Shown here: positions 62,499 to 64,000 of the stretch, in pieces
Numbering within the stretch: position 1 is the stretch's first letter
Layout of the letters: each line of letters begins with the position of its first letter
Assembly (NCBI GenBank): GCA_028713045.1
Contig: JAQTOY010000002.1
Coordinates: 60 to 64,059 of the forward strand
Source: Candidatus Nanoarchaeia archaeon
GTDB lineage: Archaea > Nanobdellota > Nanobdellia > Pacearchaeales > GW2011-AR1
DNA: 64,000 nucleotides
Direction: 5' to 3'
Notes under the pieces: generated by a model
The model's database searches: none
The model's input: only the letters and a program-made list of their open reading frames with translations
What the model was told of the DNA's origin: nothing
Program-made: the position numbers and the translations under genes

Positions 62499-63671
62499 TT
62501 ATTTTATCGGACTCATCTTTCTTAATTTATCAACAATTTTATTCAAAATTTCCAAAACATAATCTATTTCTTCATCTGTTGTAAATTTTGAAATGCTTAA
62601 TCTTACTGAGCTGTTGATTTGTACATGGGTTCTTCCAATTGCTTTTAGCACATGGCTTGGTTCAAGAGAATGTGATGAACATGCCGAACCAGTTGAACTT
62701 GATATTCCATAGGAATCCAAGAATCCCCCAATTGCCTCGCCTTCAATGTTATTAAAACAGACATTTATGTTATTGCAAAGTCTTTTGTCTCTAGGACCAT
62801 TTAACTGAGTGTTAGGAATTTTTAATATACCCTCAATTAGCTTATCTCTTAATTTTTCCATATGTTTTATGTTTGATTCCTTTGCTATTCTAACTGATTT
62901 AGCAAATCCAACAATTCCTGGAACATTTTCAGTTGAACTTCGGAGTCCAAATTCATGCCCGCCCCCATGCAGTAAAGGAATTATTTTAATTCCCTTTCTT
63001 ATAAAAAGAGCTCCAACCCCCTTTGGTCCATGAATCTTATGAGCATTTAAAGTCACAAAATCCAGATTCTGTTTGTTTACATCAATATCGGTTTTTGTGT
63101 AGCTCTGACAAGCATCTGTATGAAAATGAACTCCTCTTTCTTTGCAGATTTTTCCAATTTCCTTTAAGTCCTGTATGGTTCCTATCTCGTTATTTCCATG
63201 TATTACCGAAACAATCAATGTTTCAGGAGTTATTGATTTTTTTAGCTCATTTAAATCAATAAAACCTTCATTATTCACATTCAGATAAGTGACTTTTGCT
63301 CCCTGAGTTTCAAGCCATTTGCAGGCATTTAAAATGCAATCATGTTCTATCTTTGTTGTTATTATATGATTCTTTTTGTTATCTTTATTTGCGAAAAATA
63401 ATCCCTTTAATACAAAATTATTTGCTTCTGTCCCGCTTCCAGTGAATATTATCTCATCTCTTTTAGCTCCTATTGACTTTGCTATTATCTCTCTTGATTC
63501 TTCAAGGGCTCTTTTTGCTTCCTGCCCGATAAGATGTTGTGAGCTTGCATTTCCATATTTTTCTGAAAAATATGGAATCATTGCTTCAACTACTTCTTTG
63601 TCAACAGAAGTTGTGGCGGCATTGTCAAGATAAATCGATTTTTGTTTATTAAATAACATATTTACCTCCAT
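62499..63671 (-). CDS. iscS: cysteine desulfurase (NifS/IscS family, PLP-dependent)
   Basis: IYLDNAATT, the PLP-Lys block LNAHKIHGPKGVGALFIR and the active-site loop SSTGSACSS. Confidence 0.9.
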   Translation of the reverse strand: MEVNMLFNKQKSIYLDNAATTSVDKEVVEAMIPYFSEKYGNASSQHLIGQEAKRALEESREIIAKSIGAKRDEIIFTGSGTEANNFVLKGLFFANKDNKKNHIITTKIEHDCILNACKWLETQGAKVTYLNVNNEGFIDLNELKKSITPETLIVSVIHGNNEIGTIQDLKEIGKICKERGVHFHTDACQSYTKTDIDVNKQNLDFVTLNAHKIHGPKGVGALFIRKGIKIIPLLHGGGHEFGLRSSTENVPGIVGFAKSVRIAKESNIKHMEKLRDKLIEGILKIPNTQLNGPRDKRLCNNINVCFNNIEGEAIGGFLDSYGISSSTGSACSSHSLEPSHVLKAIGRTHVQINSSVRLSISKFTTDEEIDYVLEILNKIVDKLRKMSPIK

Positions 63672-63802
63672 TAATTGACAATGCTGTTGATTTTGACTTA
63701 ACTTTTCTCGGAAAAGTTAGTTCTTTAGCTAATCTTTCTTTATAAGAAAGGTTACCTGCATTATCCAGGTATATTGTTTTAGATTTTCCAAAAATTCCCA
63801 TT

Positions 63803-64000
63803 TTATTTATTTTCTCCTTTTAGTTTAGATTTTAATGCCCGGCATTCACCGCAAAATTTTTTTTCATGTTTATCAATCAATTCAAGCATTGGTAAAATTG
63901 TTTCTTTGTTCAATTCATAAATTCTTTTCTTTCCTTCTTGTCTAACTTGAACAATTGAACAATGTCTTAACGAAGTAAGAGCATGGCTTAATTTTGACTG
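63803..64000 (-). CDS. ArsR/SmtB-family winged-helix regulator, C-terminal part (gene runs off the right edge)
   Basis: SQNLSHALTSLRHCSIVQVRQEGKKRIYELNKE, which is the recognition helix plus wing. Stop at 63803-63805. Confidence 0.6.
   Translation of the reverse strand, partial: QSKLSHALTSLRHCSIVQVRQEGKKRIYELNKETILPMLELIDKHEKKFCGECRALKSKLKGENK

Noticed and set aside
63649-63801. 50-codon ORF upstream of iscS whose N-terminus (FGKSKTIYLDNAGN) echoes the IscS N-terminus (FNKQKSIYLDNAAT)
   Set aside because: It is short, overlaps the iscS start in another frame and lacks the rest of the fold. It is probably a duplication scar rather than a gene.

Overview
AT-rich, very gene-dense archaeal fragment. 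The gene content looks like a reduced-genome DPANN-type archaeon; this is my inference and no database search was run. Recognisable housekeeping genes: the rpoH-rpoB-rpoA / nusA / S12 / S7 / aEF-2 / aEF-1alpha cluster, a DnaG-type primase, an SMC-like ATPase, RNase HII, endonuclease IV, ADP-forming acyl-CoA synthetase, class II ribonucleotide reductase with NrdR, malic enzyme, IscS/IscU, a cupredoxin, two Nudix hydrolases and LemA. There are two tRNAs (Ser-GCU, Lys-UUU). I found no rRNA, CRISPR array, integrase or transposase. Between the K/I/N/E-rich housekeeping genes sits a second class of ORFs that are richer in R/G/P/Y/D/C and match no family I recognise. Several of these are wedged, with 1-5 nt spacers, into the normally invariant RNAP/ribosomal-protein/EF cluster. 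The best candidate for a novel system is a six-gene, translationally coupled minus-strand operon (20116-30022). By motif it encodes a ThiF/E1-like adenylase, a JAMM/MPN+ protease with a complete catalytic signature, an E2/UBC-like protein, a 541-aa protein with a ubiquitin-like segment and a C-terminal Gly, and two large proteins with no recognisable motif. Other points: a four-gene tandem family of small proteins, tandem Cys4 mini-proteins between rpoB and rpoA, an unsplit rpoA, an SMC with a Rad50-type zinc hook in place of a hinge, both tRNA genes flanked by decayed fragments of themselves plus related hairpin modules, an orphan gene with an in-frame TAA, and NrdR-box-like palindromes. All functional calls come from reading motifs by eye in the supplied translations.
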